64,000 nucleotides of DNA, from positions 14,074,001 through 14,138,000 of the forward strand of contig CM052838.1 in assembly GCA_028534125.1 (NCBI GenBank). Reading direction: 5' to 3'. Below the pieces are notes generated by a model, which worked only from the letters and a program-made list of their open reading frames with translations, was not told the DNA's origin and ran no database searches. Below, piece after piece: positions 52,675-64,000 of this stretch; within the stretch, counting starts at the first letter, position 1; the number at the start of each line of letters is the position of its first letter. The stretch is from Lama glama. Taxonomy: Eukaryota. A program made the position numbers and the translations under genes.

Positions 52675-54475
52675 ATAACTTACATTTTTTAGATAATTAT
52701 AAGTTCATATATAGTTAGAGATAAGAAAAAGAGATCCAATGATCCTTTAGTCAGTTTCCTCCAATGGAAACATCTTGCAAAGCTAGAGCACGGCATCACA
52801 AGCAGGATATGGATGTTGCTGCAGCCAGAACAGAGCATCTTTTCATCATCGCAGGACTCTTCATATTGTCCTTTTACAGCCACACCTTCCTCCCTCCGCC
52901 TCTCCTTAACTCCTGGCAACCACTAATCTGTTTTCTGTTTCCATAATTTTGTCATTTTAAGAATGTTACATATATGGAACGACGCAGTATGTAACTTTTG
53001 GCGATTGGCTTTTATCACTGTGTAATTCTCTGGCGATTCTTCCAAGTTGTTCTGTGTATTAACAGTTTGATCCATTTTATCGCTCAGTGATAGTTCATGA
53101 TGTGGAAATACCATTGTTATTTTAACCGTTCACCCATTGAAGGACATCTGAGTGTTTCCAGTTTTGGCCTGTTACAAATAAACCTGCTATATAGACATAC
53201 CCATTCAGGTTTTAATGTGAACGTACATATTCATTTTTATGGAATAAAAACCCAGGAGGGCGATTGCTGGGTTATAACTGCTATAATAGTTTTATGTTGA
53301 TTTTATAAGAAACTGTTAAATTATTTTCCAGAGTGGCTGCACCGTTTTACATTCCCACCATCAGCATAGCAGTGATCCAGTTTCTCCACATGCTCTCTAG
53401 CACTTGGTGTTGTCATTATTTTTTATTTTAGCCATTCTGACAGATTTGTAGTGATATCCATTGTGGTTTTCATTTCAATTTCCCTAATGGCTTATGACGG
53501 TAAACATCTTATCTTGCAATCTGAATATCCTCTTTGATGAAATGTCTCTGCTTTTGCCTGTTTTCTATTTAGATAATTTTACCGTTCGGTTTCCAGAGTT
53601 CTTTAAATATTCCAGATACTAGCCATTTGTCAGCTATATGGTTTACAAATATATTCTTCTAGGCTACAGCTTGTCTTTTCATCCTTTTCACAAGGTCTAA
53701 TTTATCAATTTTTCCTTTTTATGAACAGTGCTTTTGATGTCAGATTTTTAAACTCTTTGCCTAGTCTTAGGTCTCAAAGATTTTCTCTTCTTTTTTTAAT
53801 AAGTTGTCTTATAGTTTTGCATTTTACATCTAGGTTTGTGATCCATTTTGAGTCACCCTCTGTATAAGGTGTGAGACTTAAGTTGCATTTCATGAGCTTT
53901 GCCTGAAGATGTCCAGTTGCTCCATCACCATTTGTTGAAAAGCCTATCTTTGCTCTGTTGACTTACTTTTACTCTTTTTTAAAAAATCAGTTGGGCATCT
54001 TCACGAAAGTCTATTTCTGGGCTCTCTATAAGTTCCATTGATTTATGCGTGCATGACTCCATCAACACCACGCAGTCTCAATTACTGTAGCTAGAGGGCA
54101 AGTCTTGATATCAAACACACTAATTTATTGCCCTTTATTCATCTTCAAAATTATTTTAGCTCTTCTAGTTCTTAGACTTCCCATTCCATCTAGAGTAACC
54201 TTACTTGTGTCTACAAAAATCTCGCTGCAAATTTGACAGCAACTGCATTAAATTTGGGTATTGAGAACTGACGTATTTACTATGTCCCTTTATTTAGATC
54301 TTGTGTGATTTCTTTCAGGAACAGTTTGTAGTTTTTAGCAAAAAGCCCTATACATATTTTATATTTAAACTATATATATGTATACTTATATATCCCACAT
54401 TTAAAATAAATGGTATTCTATTTTAAATTTTGGTATCCATGTGTTCATGACTAGTACATCCCACATTACTAGTAT
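52675..54475 (-). mobile_element. Old L1 (L1MC-like), 3' part
   Basis: tttagataattataagttcata...cagtttcctccaatgg.aacatcttgcaa 3' end, followed by a degenerate ORF2 C-terminal region. Confidence 0.8.
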
Positions 54476-54479
54476 ACAG

Positions 54480-56368
54480 CACTAGGCTTGGTTGGCTCCT
54501 AGCTCAGTTGGTTGCCAAGCCCTGCCTTGTGCTGATGCTGCTGGCTGCTGGTTAGCAGCACCTGGTCAAGTGCTGGGTGACTGCAGAACCCCAGGAGGTC
54601 CTGGGGCTGGTACTGTCTCTCTAGTGGGCAGAGTCAGAGTCCAGAAAACTCTGGGGTTGTTGCCCGCCCTCTAGTGGTCGGAGCCAGGTCCTGGGGTTAG
54701 TTTTGAATTATAGCAGGCAGAGCTGGATCCTGGAGTCTGGCTGCAGGGCCCATGGTTCCAGAGCTGGTGTCAGATTGCTGGTGGTTGTGGTGGTGGTGGG
54801 GGGCTAGTTTCTGAAACACGGTCTGTGACCAGGGTCCAGGGTGTCCTGAAGTTGTGTTGGCCTGCTAGTGGGCAGGGCTGGGGCCCAGCTGTTTGCATCT
54901 GGCCTGCTGGGGGATTGCACTTTTCTAGCGTCTTGTGTCTGCCCCTTGACGGGTGAGGCTGGTCTAGAGGCTAGAGCAGGCTTCCTGGAGGGCAGAGCCG
55001 GTGCCTGCCCACTGGTGGGGGGAGCTGGGTGCCCTCTGGTGGGCAGGGCCCTGTGTAGAGGCATGTGCAGAGGTGGCTCTGGGCCCTGAAAGCCTTCAGG
55101 CGGACTCTCTGCGGATGGGTGGGGCTGCGTTCCCCTCCAGTTATTTGGCTGGCGGTGTCCCACGCTGGTGCCTCCAGGCTGTTGGGCGGGGCCCGGTCTT
55201 GGCGCTAATGAGCAAGGGGGAGGAGCCAGTGGTGGTGCCGCCCACACCCCTGTCCCCGCGAGAGTTCCCGAATACGGCTGCCGCCAGCGTCTCCGGCCCC
55301 AGGTGAGCCTCAGCCTCCTCCGCTCCCCTTGCCTCTCCGGGAGCCTCTCTGAGACCAGCAGGTAGGCCTGGCCCGGGCTCCTATCCGATTCCTGCATTTG
55401 CCCTGGGTCCCGCTGCACGTGGGATTTTGTGTGCAGGTCTCCGTTTCCCCGTCCTGCGGGGCTCGGGGAATTAAGCCCCGCTGGCCTTCAAAGCCAAATG
55501 CTCTAGGGGCTTGTCTTCCCGGTGCCGGACCGGGGGCTGGGGAGCCTGAAGTGGGGCTCAGAACTCTCACTCCTGTGGGAGGGCCTCTGCGCTGTAATTT
55601 TTCTCCAGTTTGTGGGTCGCCCCCCTCCCCCATCTCACTATACAGTGAGTCTGCCCCTCCTGTTCATCCTATTGTGGTTCTCTCTTCAGTTGTAGAAGAT
55701 CTTTTCCGGTAGGTTCTGGTCTTTTCATCCATGATTGTTCTGCAGATAGTTGTGGTTGTGTTACCAGGTCCTTTCCAAATTCTCGGACAGCAATATCACA
55801 GAAATGAATATTGCTTCCATAAGACTCTTCGGCAAGCAAAGCTTTTTATTAAAAGAGACAGCTTTTACACAAGGGAGAAGGTGGGAGGAAGAAGTTTCAG
55901 TTCCCCGAGTAGAAGGGGCGAGTTGCCTTTATAACAAAGGGATGGTTTGTCTCAAATCACTGATAATTTCCCCAAATCATCAAACTTGATCAGCAGCAGG
56001 TGGCTCCGTGGTGGCTGTCAGGAATAGGGAATGCTTCTGTGAGGGGAAAGAAATGCATGGGAATTTTCTGCAAGAAAGCACAGAAACAGATATGGTTAAA
56101 ATGTATAGTTTTGCTTCTTGTCTCATGGCAACTAGTTATACTCTAAGTGTAACAGAGATAAAGTTAATCTTTTATTCCTGTAAGCCTGGTTTTTTTGTCT
56201 GTGGGACTCAGGCCCCGAGGGCCTTTATTCTTGCAAAGCCTGTTTTTCCCAAGGCGATTCCCCAGATCTGGTCCTTTTCCGAAATGGCTGTACTCTTGTC
56301 TTCCTGTCTGGATTTTGGTGCGCTCCTGAGAGGCGGTGAGCCCAGGGGCTTTCTGCTCCACCGTCATG
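54480..56368 (-). mobile_element. GC-rich 5'UTR of a younger L1, split by an LTR
   Basis: GC/CpG-rich with repeated tagtgggcag/ggtgggcagggc units; ccttcaaagccaaatgctct.gggg; gttctgcagatagttgtg (55737) continues as gattttggtg...ggtgagcccaggg.ctttct.ctcc.cc (56311-56364), the recalled reverse L1 5' terminus. Confidence 0.75.
55759..56310 (-). mobile_element. Solo LTR inserted into the L1 5'UTR
   Basis: Abrupt drop in GC; starts tgttac; tttatt (minus AATAAA) near 55845 and tttata (minus TATAAA) near 55928; ends cttcctgtctg, resembling the cttcctgcctca end of the 29791 LTR. TSD is degenerate. Confidence 0.65.
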
Positions 56369-56369
56369 T

Positions 56370-58880
56370 CATGAGTATTGAATTTACTCAAATGCTTTTT
56401 CTGCATTGACTGATATAATTGCATGATTTGTTTCCCCTTTGACTTTTTAACATTGTGAACTGCATTGATTGTCAAATACTGAGCCATCCTTATATCCTTG
56501 GAATAAACCTCACTTGGTTATACTGTATAATTATTTCTATAAACATTGGCTGAATGTTATCTACTAGTGTATTTTTAAGGATTTTGCGTCTATATTTAAG
56601 GGATAAATATATCTATAGGGTGTTTTGTTTGTTTTGTTTTTTGGTTCTGCCTTTGTCTTGTCTTGGTATCAGGCAACAGTAGCTTCAAAAAATTAATTAG
56701 GGAGTGGGCTCTCCACTACTGCTTTCTGGGAGTACTTGTGTACAGTGGATATCAATTCACCTTAAATATTTGATAGAATTCATAAGTGAAATCTTCTGGA
56801 TCTGCATTTTTTGGGGGTGGTGAATAAATTAAAAATTCAATTTCATGAATAGTCCATTAAAATTATGTTTCATGTTGGATCCATTGTATTAATTTTTGGT
56901 TTTTGAGGAATTGCTCCATTTCACCAAACTTGTCAAATATTTTTTATAGAGTTGTTTATATATATGAATATTTTATACTTTTGAAGTCTACAGAGTCTGT
57001 AGTGATATTGTCAGTTTTATTCCTGATATTGATAATTGGTGTCTTTTCTTTTTTGTCATTGTTCCTAGAGGTTTGTCAGTTTTATATCCTCTCGAAGAAT
57101 CCAATCTTGATTTCGTTGATTATCTCTGTTTTTCAGTATGCAATGTTATTTATTGCTATTCTAATCTTTGTTTTTTTCTTCCTGTTGATTGTTTTGGATT
57201 TATTTTACTTTTTTTCCTCTAAGGTCTTGAAGTGGAGGCTTATATTATTGTTTTGAGACTTTTCCTTTTTTTATTGTGTGCATTTAGTGTTAAAATTTTT
57301 TAGCACTGCTTTCTTTGTGTCCCATAAAGATTTTTTCCAATTTAGTGATTTTTTTTTATTTTGGTAGAGATTTTCTCTTTGATATTTAGAAGTATATTAT
57401 TTGGTTTCCAAATGTTTGAAGACATTTTTATTATACTTACCAGTTTCTAGTTTGACTCCGTTGTAGTCAAAGAACATACTATATGATTTCAATTTTTAAA
57501 AAATATGTTGAAGATTATTTTATGGCCCAAGATATGGTCTATCCTGATAAACGTTTTAGAAGAAGTTGAAAATAATATGTATTCTACTGTTGTTGGGGAA
57601 GGTGTTCTATAAATGTCAGTTAAATCTTGTAGGTTGATGTTGTGAGGTTCTTTCATTTCCTTGCTGATTTTTTTGTCTAGTTGTTTTGATTTTTGAGAAG
57701 GGCATATTGGAGTCTACAGCTCTAAGTGGATTTGTCTATTTTCCCTTTCAATTCTGTCAGTTTTTCTTCATGTATCTTGTAGCTCTGTTGTTTTGTGAAT
57801 ACACTTATGCATTTAGAATTTCTGTCTACTGGGTGGATTGAGCCTTTCTAAATTATACCACATCCCTGTCTGTCTCTGGTAATAAATTTCTTTGCTCTGA
57901 ATTCTACTTTATCTGATGGTAATATATGCACTTCCGCTTTCCTTTGATGAATGTATGCATAACATATCTTTTCCATTCTTTTACCCTCTGCCTATATCAT
58001 TATTTTGGTAGCTTTTTAAAAAACTAAACAGCATATAATTGGGTCACATTTTAAAATCCATTCTGCAACTGTTTTTTCCTTGATTGCAGTTACTCGCTAG
58101 GGCTTAAGTCTCTCATTTCTTTTTCTTCTCTCTCTTTTCTATCTCTTTTTTTCTTTTACCTTTTCCTGCTTTCCTGTTTCCATTTTTATAAAGCATTTTT
58201 GAGTGCATCTCTTTCCATAGTTTTTTTTTTTTAATTTTTCTTTATTTTCTGGGAGGAGGTAATTAGGTTTATTTATTCATTTATTTATTGACGGAGGTAC
58301 TGAGGATTGAACCCAGGACCTCTTGCATACTAGGCATGCACTCTACCACTGAGCTGTACCCTCCTGCCTCATAGTTTTCTTAATGGTTGATGTAGGTATT
58401 ACATTTCATATACATAACATCACTGCCTATGGTATTGTGCTTTTATCAAATAGAGTGAAATGTTATTATAACCTTACATCCCTTTCAATCCCTTTATCTT
58501 TCCTGTTTATCATATAATTACAGTAAATATTTTCTTTCCATGTATTTAGAACCACATCAGGCTGTTATAACTTTGCCTCCTCAATTAGTAAATTCAAGAG
58601 AAGGAAGGTCTGTTGCCAGTATTTGTGCTTCCATGTTCTTTCTTCTTTCCTGATGTTCCAAGATTCCTTCTTTTATCTTATTCTTCCTGTTTAGAGAACT
58701 TCCTTTAATCATCCTTTTCCAGGAGATCTGTTGATGACAATTTCTCTTAGTTTTACTTTATCTGAAACGGTCTCAATTTTGTCTCCTTTCCTGAAGGGTA
58801 TTTTTGCTGGATATGGAATTCTGTGTTGACACTTTCCTTGCAACTCTTTAAAGATGTCATATCACTTCCTTTTGTCTCCA
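56370..58880 (-). mobile_element. Old L1 continuation (degenerate ORF2)
   Basis: ttgaattt..tcaaatgctttttctgcat, ggaataaacctcacttggt, tatggcccaagatatggtctatcctg: reverse L1 ORF2 motifs. Confidence 0.8.
58225..58369 (-). mobile_element. Vic-1-like tRNA-derived SINE (long form) with TSD
   Basis: Reverse reads gagggtacagctcagtggtagagtgcatgcctagtatgcaagaggtcctgggttcaatcctcagtacctcc...aaacctaattacctcc plus A tail; CATAGTTTT at 58216-58224 and 58370-58378. Confidence 0.9.
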
Positions 58881-59046
58881 GTCCCACTGCCTCACATTGA
58901 CTTGAGACATTGTCACATCTCTCCTGCCACTGCTATTGTCACAGCTGCCTCCCACCATCTACCCTTACTCCTTATCAAGCTGGTTGCCAGAGTATTTCAA
59001 AATTCAAATTAGATTCCCTGTCTCTCTGTCTCTGTCCCTCTCACAG

Positions 59047-59048
<2 letters not shown>

Positions 59049-59078
<30 letters not shown>
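59049..59078. repeat. (AC)n microsatellite
   Basis: About 15 AC units. Confidence 0.95.
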
Positions 59079-59081
<3 letters not shown>

Positions 59082-59699
59082 CAAAATCTGTGGATGTCTC
59101 CACTGTACTTTGCAAATACTCTTAGAACAGAGACATAACTTGGTCATGTAGTCCAAAGCTCTGTTTGGTCAGCTCTTCTTCTAATCTTCACTCTCATTTT
59201 ATGCAGTTTTCCTCAGTTTCTGCCTCACCCACGTGCCTTTCAGTAATAAGGATGCTCCATGGTGCTTCTTCCCTGGGGCATTTGCCTGCATGATTCTCTG
59301 CCTAAGCCCATTTATTCTCCTCTATTCAACTCTTTATCTTTTCCTCTTCCTTCAATTCCTGGCTCCATCATCATTTCCTGCTTTATCTTTGCAGTATTTT
59401 ATTTATTTGATGCTTAAAGTATGCCCATGTCCCTCCATTAGATTTCATATCCATGAAGACAGAGAATGTCATTTACTGCTTGTCATTATAGCCCCTGTGT
59501 GTGGCCCAAAACCTCCCAGAGTCACTGTATTGCACAGAACATACAGTGTCTCTGGAGTCATGCTTTGCTGTAGGTGGAATTATTTACTTCACATGTGAGG
59601 GATTTAAAATAAATACCTTCAAATGAATGAATACAATTAAATCAATGGGACTTAATGTTGAATTGGGCCTATGGATGGGACTAAATGATAAAAAAGTAA

Positions 59700-60900
59700 A
59701 ATATCATTCTTAAGTTTTGACCTTGGCAATATGATGCCATTAATAATGCCATTTGGTTAATATGCTATTAACCAAAACAGAGATCACAAAAATGACTTTA
59801 GGAGGAGGAGGCTGGGTTTACTCTTTGACTTGTAATTTTTGCTATATGAGTGCAGATCTCTAGTGTTTGGTTGAGGTCTGGGCTTGGGAAATTGGTTTTG
59901 GAATCATTAACTTATAGATGGTATTTACAGTCATATATGTAGATAGAATCTGTTTAGTGGAGGAGGGGAAAGTGGAAGAGTGAAAGGAGAAAGGATCAAA
60001 GACCCTGAGTAGTCCACCCTAAGATTACGAATGTGTCATCATCATAGAAGTCACAGAAAAAGGAACTTTCAGAAGAAGGGTGTGGTAAACACTGTTAGAA
60101 GCTGCTGGTTTCCACTGAGATGAGGAATGGAGTGAGGGCTGTGGACTTTGTCTTTCCAGAGTGGCCATGGGAAGATGTCAGGGGTCTCAGGAATGAATGG
60201 ACTGATGAATGGTAAACAGGAAGACACTGTGGAACTTAGTGGCAGGGCATGATCCATGAAGCTTTTTGACAAAGTGAGGTCCTGCTGAAAACCAGGATAT
60301 TTGATACCTGGGGAACAGGTAGGGGGCAGATATAGGAAAGGTCTTCAGGGGAAAGTTGAAGGAGTTGATGCTTAATGAACTCCATCTTCTTAGTGACACA
60401 GACCACTTACTCATCAGCTGAGAGAATGAGGGCAGGAGCCTGCTGGGGTGCCTGATGATGAAGACAAGACTGGGAGTCACCCCTAAGGCCACAGAAAAGG
60501 GAGCTGACTTGAGCAAGATACAGGATTTGGAGTGAGACAGAAAGCTCAAGGATGGCTGCATTCTTACATGTATAGTACATCTTAAACAGCAGTGCTCTAC
60601 ATCCCCAGACCAGCCAAGGGAAGAATAGGTGGTTGTATTAATCTAGGTCTGGACATCATCACAGTCAGCACTGAGAAGGATTAAAAGATCCAGGGAGTGG
60701 AGGAAGTTGGTAAACATGTAGCTGAAATGACTGACAACAGCGAGGAGGTTGATAGGGAAAGAAGTGAAGCTGGGCTGAGGTTGATGGGCTGGAAAGATAC
60801 AGCAGGACTCCGACATTGGAGTCCTCCATAAGGCTTAAATTAGGGCAGTTCTGTTGAGACAGGTGAAGAGAGAAACTTTAGTCAGGCACTGAAAGGTTAA
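59700..60900 (-). mobile_element. Degenerate L2 fragments
   Basis: ttttggaatcattaacttatagatggtattta.agtcat; gactttg...gtggccatgggaagatgtca..ggt; purine-rich L2-like composition. Confidence 0.55.
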
Positions 60901-60949
60901 ATTAGAGATTGTAGAAAAGAAGCAGTGTGAAACTGATAAAAATATATAC

Positions 60950-61130
60950 TTTGACAGTAGACACACCTGTGTATAAATCTTGTCTCTCAGATATTAACTG
61001 TGTGAACTTGGAACCCAATTGCTTAATCTGTAAAGCAGAGATAATAATAGTTCCTATGTCAAAAGCTTCTGGCTGGAATTAAATGTGATAATGCATGTGA
61101 AGCACATAGCACTGTGTAGGCCAGGGTAAG
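60950..61130 (+). mobile_element. MIR SINE
   Basis: actgtgtgaacttgg...tctgtaaagcagagataataatagttccta...aattaaatgtgataatgcatgtgaagcacatagcac. Confidence 0.75.
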
Positions 61131-64000
61131 CTTTCTAGGAGGAGGTGGATATTTATATTCTTAATTTTATGTCCATCATGATGTGACCTCACGTGGTGAC
61201 TGGTACTGTGAGTGGCTGAAGGTGTGCAGAGCTGCCGGATTTTGGAGTGGAGAAGACTGGAGACCAGGGTATAGGAAGGGTAATTCACAAGGCTGTACGG
61301 GTGAATAACAATATTCTAGCTTTGTCTCCATTCCTGACTTGGGTTCCCCAGCTGTAGGCTGGAGATGGTGCCCTTGGCTTCCACTGTCTCACGTAAGGCA
61401 CTTAGTAAAGGCCGCCCAAGACTCAGCCCAGTTGGGACCTTCTTGCAAGCAGAAGCACGTGTGCAGCCAAGGTCAGCTTTGTTTGCATACAGTCGTTCCA
61501 CGTATACCCCAGTGCTGCATTTGCATAAAGGGATGCTCAGGGTTTAGTCATGAGACCTTTTTAATTGTTTGGTTTCTGCACATGCAACTGGTTCTGAGTC
61601 AGCCAAATATGCTGATAATGAGGAGACAAACAGCAGAGGCCAGCCGGTAGCATTTTCTTTTGCTTATTTAAATAGCCAGCTTACTTGGAGTCAAGCCAAT
61701 ATCGATTCTGAGAAAGCTTTATTCAATTAGTGCCCATGTGTTCATTCAGCACTGTGTAGTCAGTGACAACCCAGGGGGCCTTGAGAGTGACCCCGGGTAC
61801 TTCCCAGGAGTGTTGGATTACCATATGTCCTGCATGGGAGATGGAGAGACTCCGGCTCCTACAAGATGGCCCTCATACATGCTGCCTCTGCAGATGCCAA
61901 CCATGTCAGCATCCACAGGGCCGCAGTAGTCCTGTTGGCGATCCATGAAAGCTCACAGGTCTGGGCGCCCAACACAGCTTGCAAGACGTGGGGGAGATAA
62001 ATCATGATTCCTAGCTTAAGAGATGAAAGGAAACTGGCAGTTAATAAATGCCTACAGCGTGCCAGGCTCTGTTCTATGTACCATTAGTGATAGGAAATCA
62101 TTCAATTATTTCTCTGTCTTACAACAAGGAGACCTAGACTCAGAATTAAATGCCTTTCCTTAGGTAATACGAAGTTGGTGAAACTGGGATCTAAATTACA
62201 GGTATTATGAAATCTAAGGCTCACATACTTAGTGGACTGTTAGTTTCCCTTTCCCCACCACCACCTTGTGTGTATATATATATTTTTCAGGGCTTACTGG
62301 GAAATTTAAGTGAATTATATAAAGGACTGTGTATTTATAGCTTTGAAGACCCCCTATATGGGGAATATCCAAGACTAATGTGAGGGGTTCTGGCAGATTA
62401 GAACAGGGCACTGGCTATCCAGGGGCCCAAGGCCTTTTGGGAAGGTGATGATGAAAATTACTGGGGCCAACGAGTACCAGTTATGCCCAAGAGAAAACTT
62501 CTGGCAAAATTTCAAGAGGATCAGAGGTCAAGATCTTGTTAATCTTGAATTCAATAGGAGATTGCCACAATGTAGGAGTGACAACCATCTTTCTCTTTGG
62601 CTTAAACAACCTGAAATTAAGTGAGAAGACGGGTGAGGACAAGAAAGACCCAGGGATGGTATCAGGACATAGTATATGAGGATCCCAGAGAGTCTGGCAG
62701 AAGAAGGATTTCACTAGGGTAACTGATAGAGTCAACGTGATGTCTCTTCAGGAAGAAGGAAAGTAAATACAACGGAAATGGCAGTTAAGTCCAAGAGGGG
62801 GATTTAGGGAGCAGAAAAAACCAGTTTGCCTCGGATTGTCTTGGTTTTTCATTGAAAGCCCTTCTCCAGGGAAACTCCTCAGTCTTTAAATTTTTTTTTG
62901 AGATTATGCAAGCTTTTTGTAGAACAACACACATATATCAAGAACAGATGCATTCCATAGATATAAACATGGCAAAGAGAAATGAGCCACCAGTGCAGAT
63001 TCCATGAGAGGCTCAGGAAAAGTGTCAGGAGTGGGTGGCAGGACAGTTCAGTACCTGTCACTGTGGTTGGTCAGTTCTCTCTGTCAACCTCAGTGTCCTC
63101 AAATATAAAGCAGGGAGAGGGGTTCCTCTTGTGTGTGGTTACTGGGCTGTATAATGAGCATTGAAGAAAAAGGGATAAGGAACTAAAATCATGGCACATT
63201 CTCTTTGAACTCCTGCTGGAACTACAGCATCTCCTTTAATCCTCATTTGTAATATTATGATTGTTTCCCTTGTTTCGTAAATAAGAGAAAATTAATGAAT
63301 TAATGAGGCACCAAGTCACTTGTCCCAAGTTACATGACTGGAATATAATAGAGTTACATTTAAGAAGCAAATAGTAGGGAAGAGGGGTTAGATACAGCTG
63401 AATTTCATTGCCGGGGGGAATTGTGAAAAATCCAGGGTTGGGCACCCCAGGGAGGCACCTTCTTACTGAGAAGAATGGCTGGGGATGACGTTACTCTGGT
63501 TTGAAGTGTCTGAGCTACAGGGTGCTGGATGGTTCTCAAAAGGGCTGACCTTTTCAACCTGAAATTTTATTTTATTTTTTGAAGAGAAATAACCACTCTT
63601 CTGAATTTCTGTTTAGGAGAGAGTTGGCCATTCCAAGCAAATAAGGCGAAGATAAAAATGAAATAAGGACCCCTGCAGTGCCCAAGAGTGCTTGTCGGGG
63701 ATTATTTCTTGTTGGCTTGAAAGAGGATAACAGCTCAGAAAAGAGAAGATGCCTTTGGGTATGAAATCTGTTTTTTTACAGAGCTGGTTGGTAAGCATTT
63801 AATCAGGTGGAGATATACACACCTTAAGCCACTGCAACCCGGAAGCCCACGTGTCTTCTTTGGGAAATTAATCACTTCTGACCGAATGAATAAGGAAAAG
63901 CCCTTTCCAGAACCAGCTCCATTCAAACTACAGAGCTCCATGGGAGACCCCTGGGTGTTGGCTTTGGGAACTTCAAGGAGGCCTGGAGCTGCCGTCCTGC

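Noticed and set aside
54804-55712. Pro/Gly/Ala-rich ORFs of 101-204 aa
   Set aside because: Arise from the stop-poor, GC-rich L1 5'UTR.
58290-58365. tRNA-like sequence with A and B boxes (also at 13190-13260)
   Set aside because: SINE head with A-rich tail and TSD, and no intact acceptor stem; not a tRNA gene.

Overview
Mammalian genomic DNA, very probably camelid (two tRNA-derived SINEs match the Vic-1 pattern and two young L1 3' ends look camelid-type; both from recall). The window holds the 3' end of GRID1 (glutamate receptor delta-1, GluD1) on the + strand. Its last three coding exons (22010-22176, 28290-28530, 39347-39775) have GT-AG junctions and splice in frame to 278 aa covering the distal S2 ligand-binding lobe, M4 and the cytoplasmic tail ending in the PDZ ligand GTSI. 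A ~2.4 kb 3'UTR follows, with a likely ATTAAA signal at 42163, then ~22 kb of repeat-rich intergenic DNA. The rest is intron or intergenic sequence with L1, L2, MIR, SINE, DNA transposon and solo LTR relics. Nearly all listed ORFs are chance or shadow ORFs. I found no convincing new multi-gene system. The best leads are regulatory or structural: (1) a clean solo LTR in the last intron with a ~23.5-bp-periodic CCAAT array, two octamers and a TATA box pointing antisense at exon 15; (2) a ~93% identical ~200-bp duplication of a MIR-derived segment; (3) a three-level nested L1 / L1-5'UTR / LTR structure; (4) a candidate 126-nt poison exon; (5) a CpG-retaining patch overlapping a 247-codon antisense ORF. 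Repeat family names and exon numbering come from recalled consensus sequences and human annotation, not from a search.
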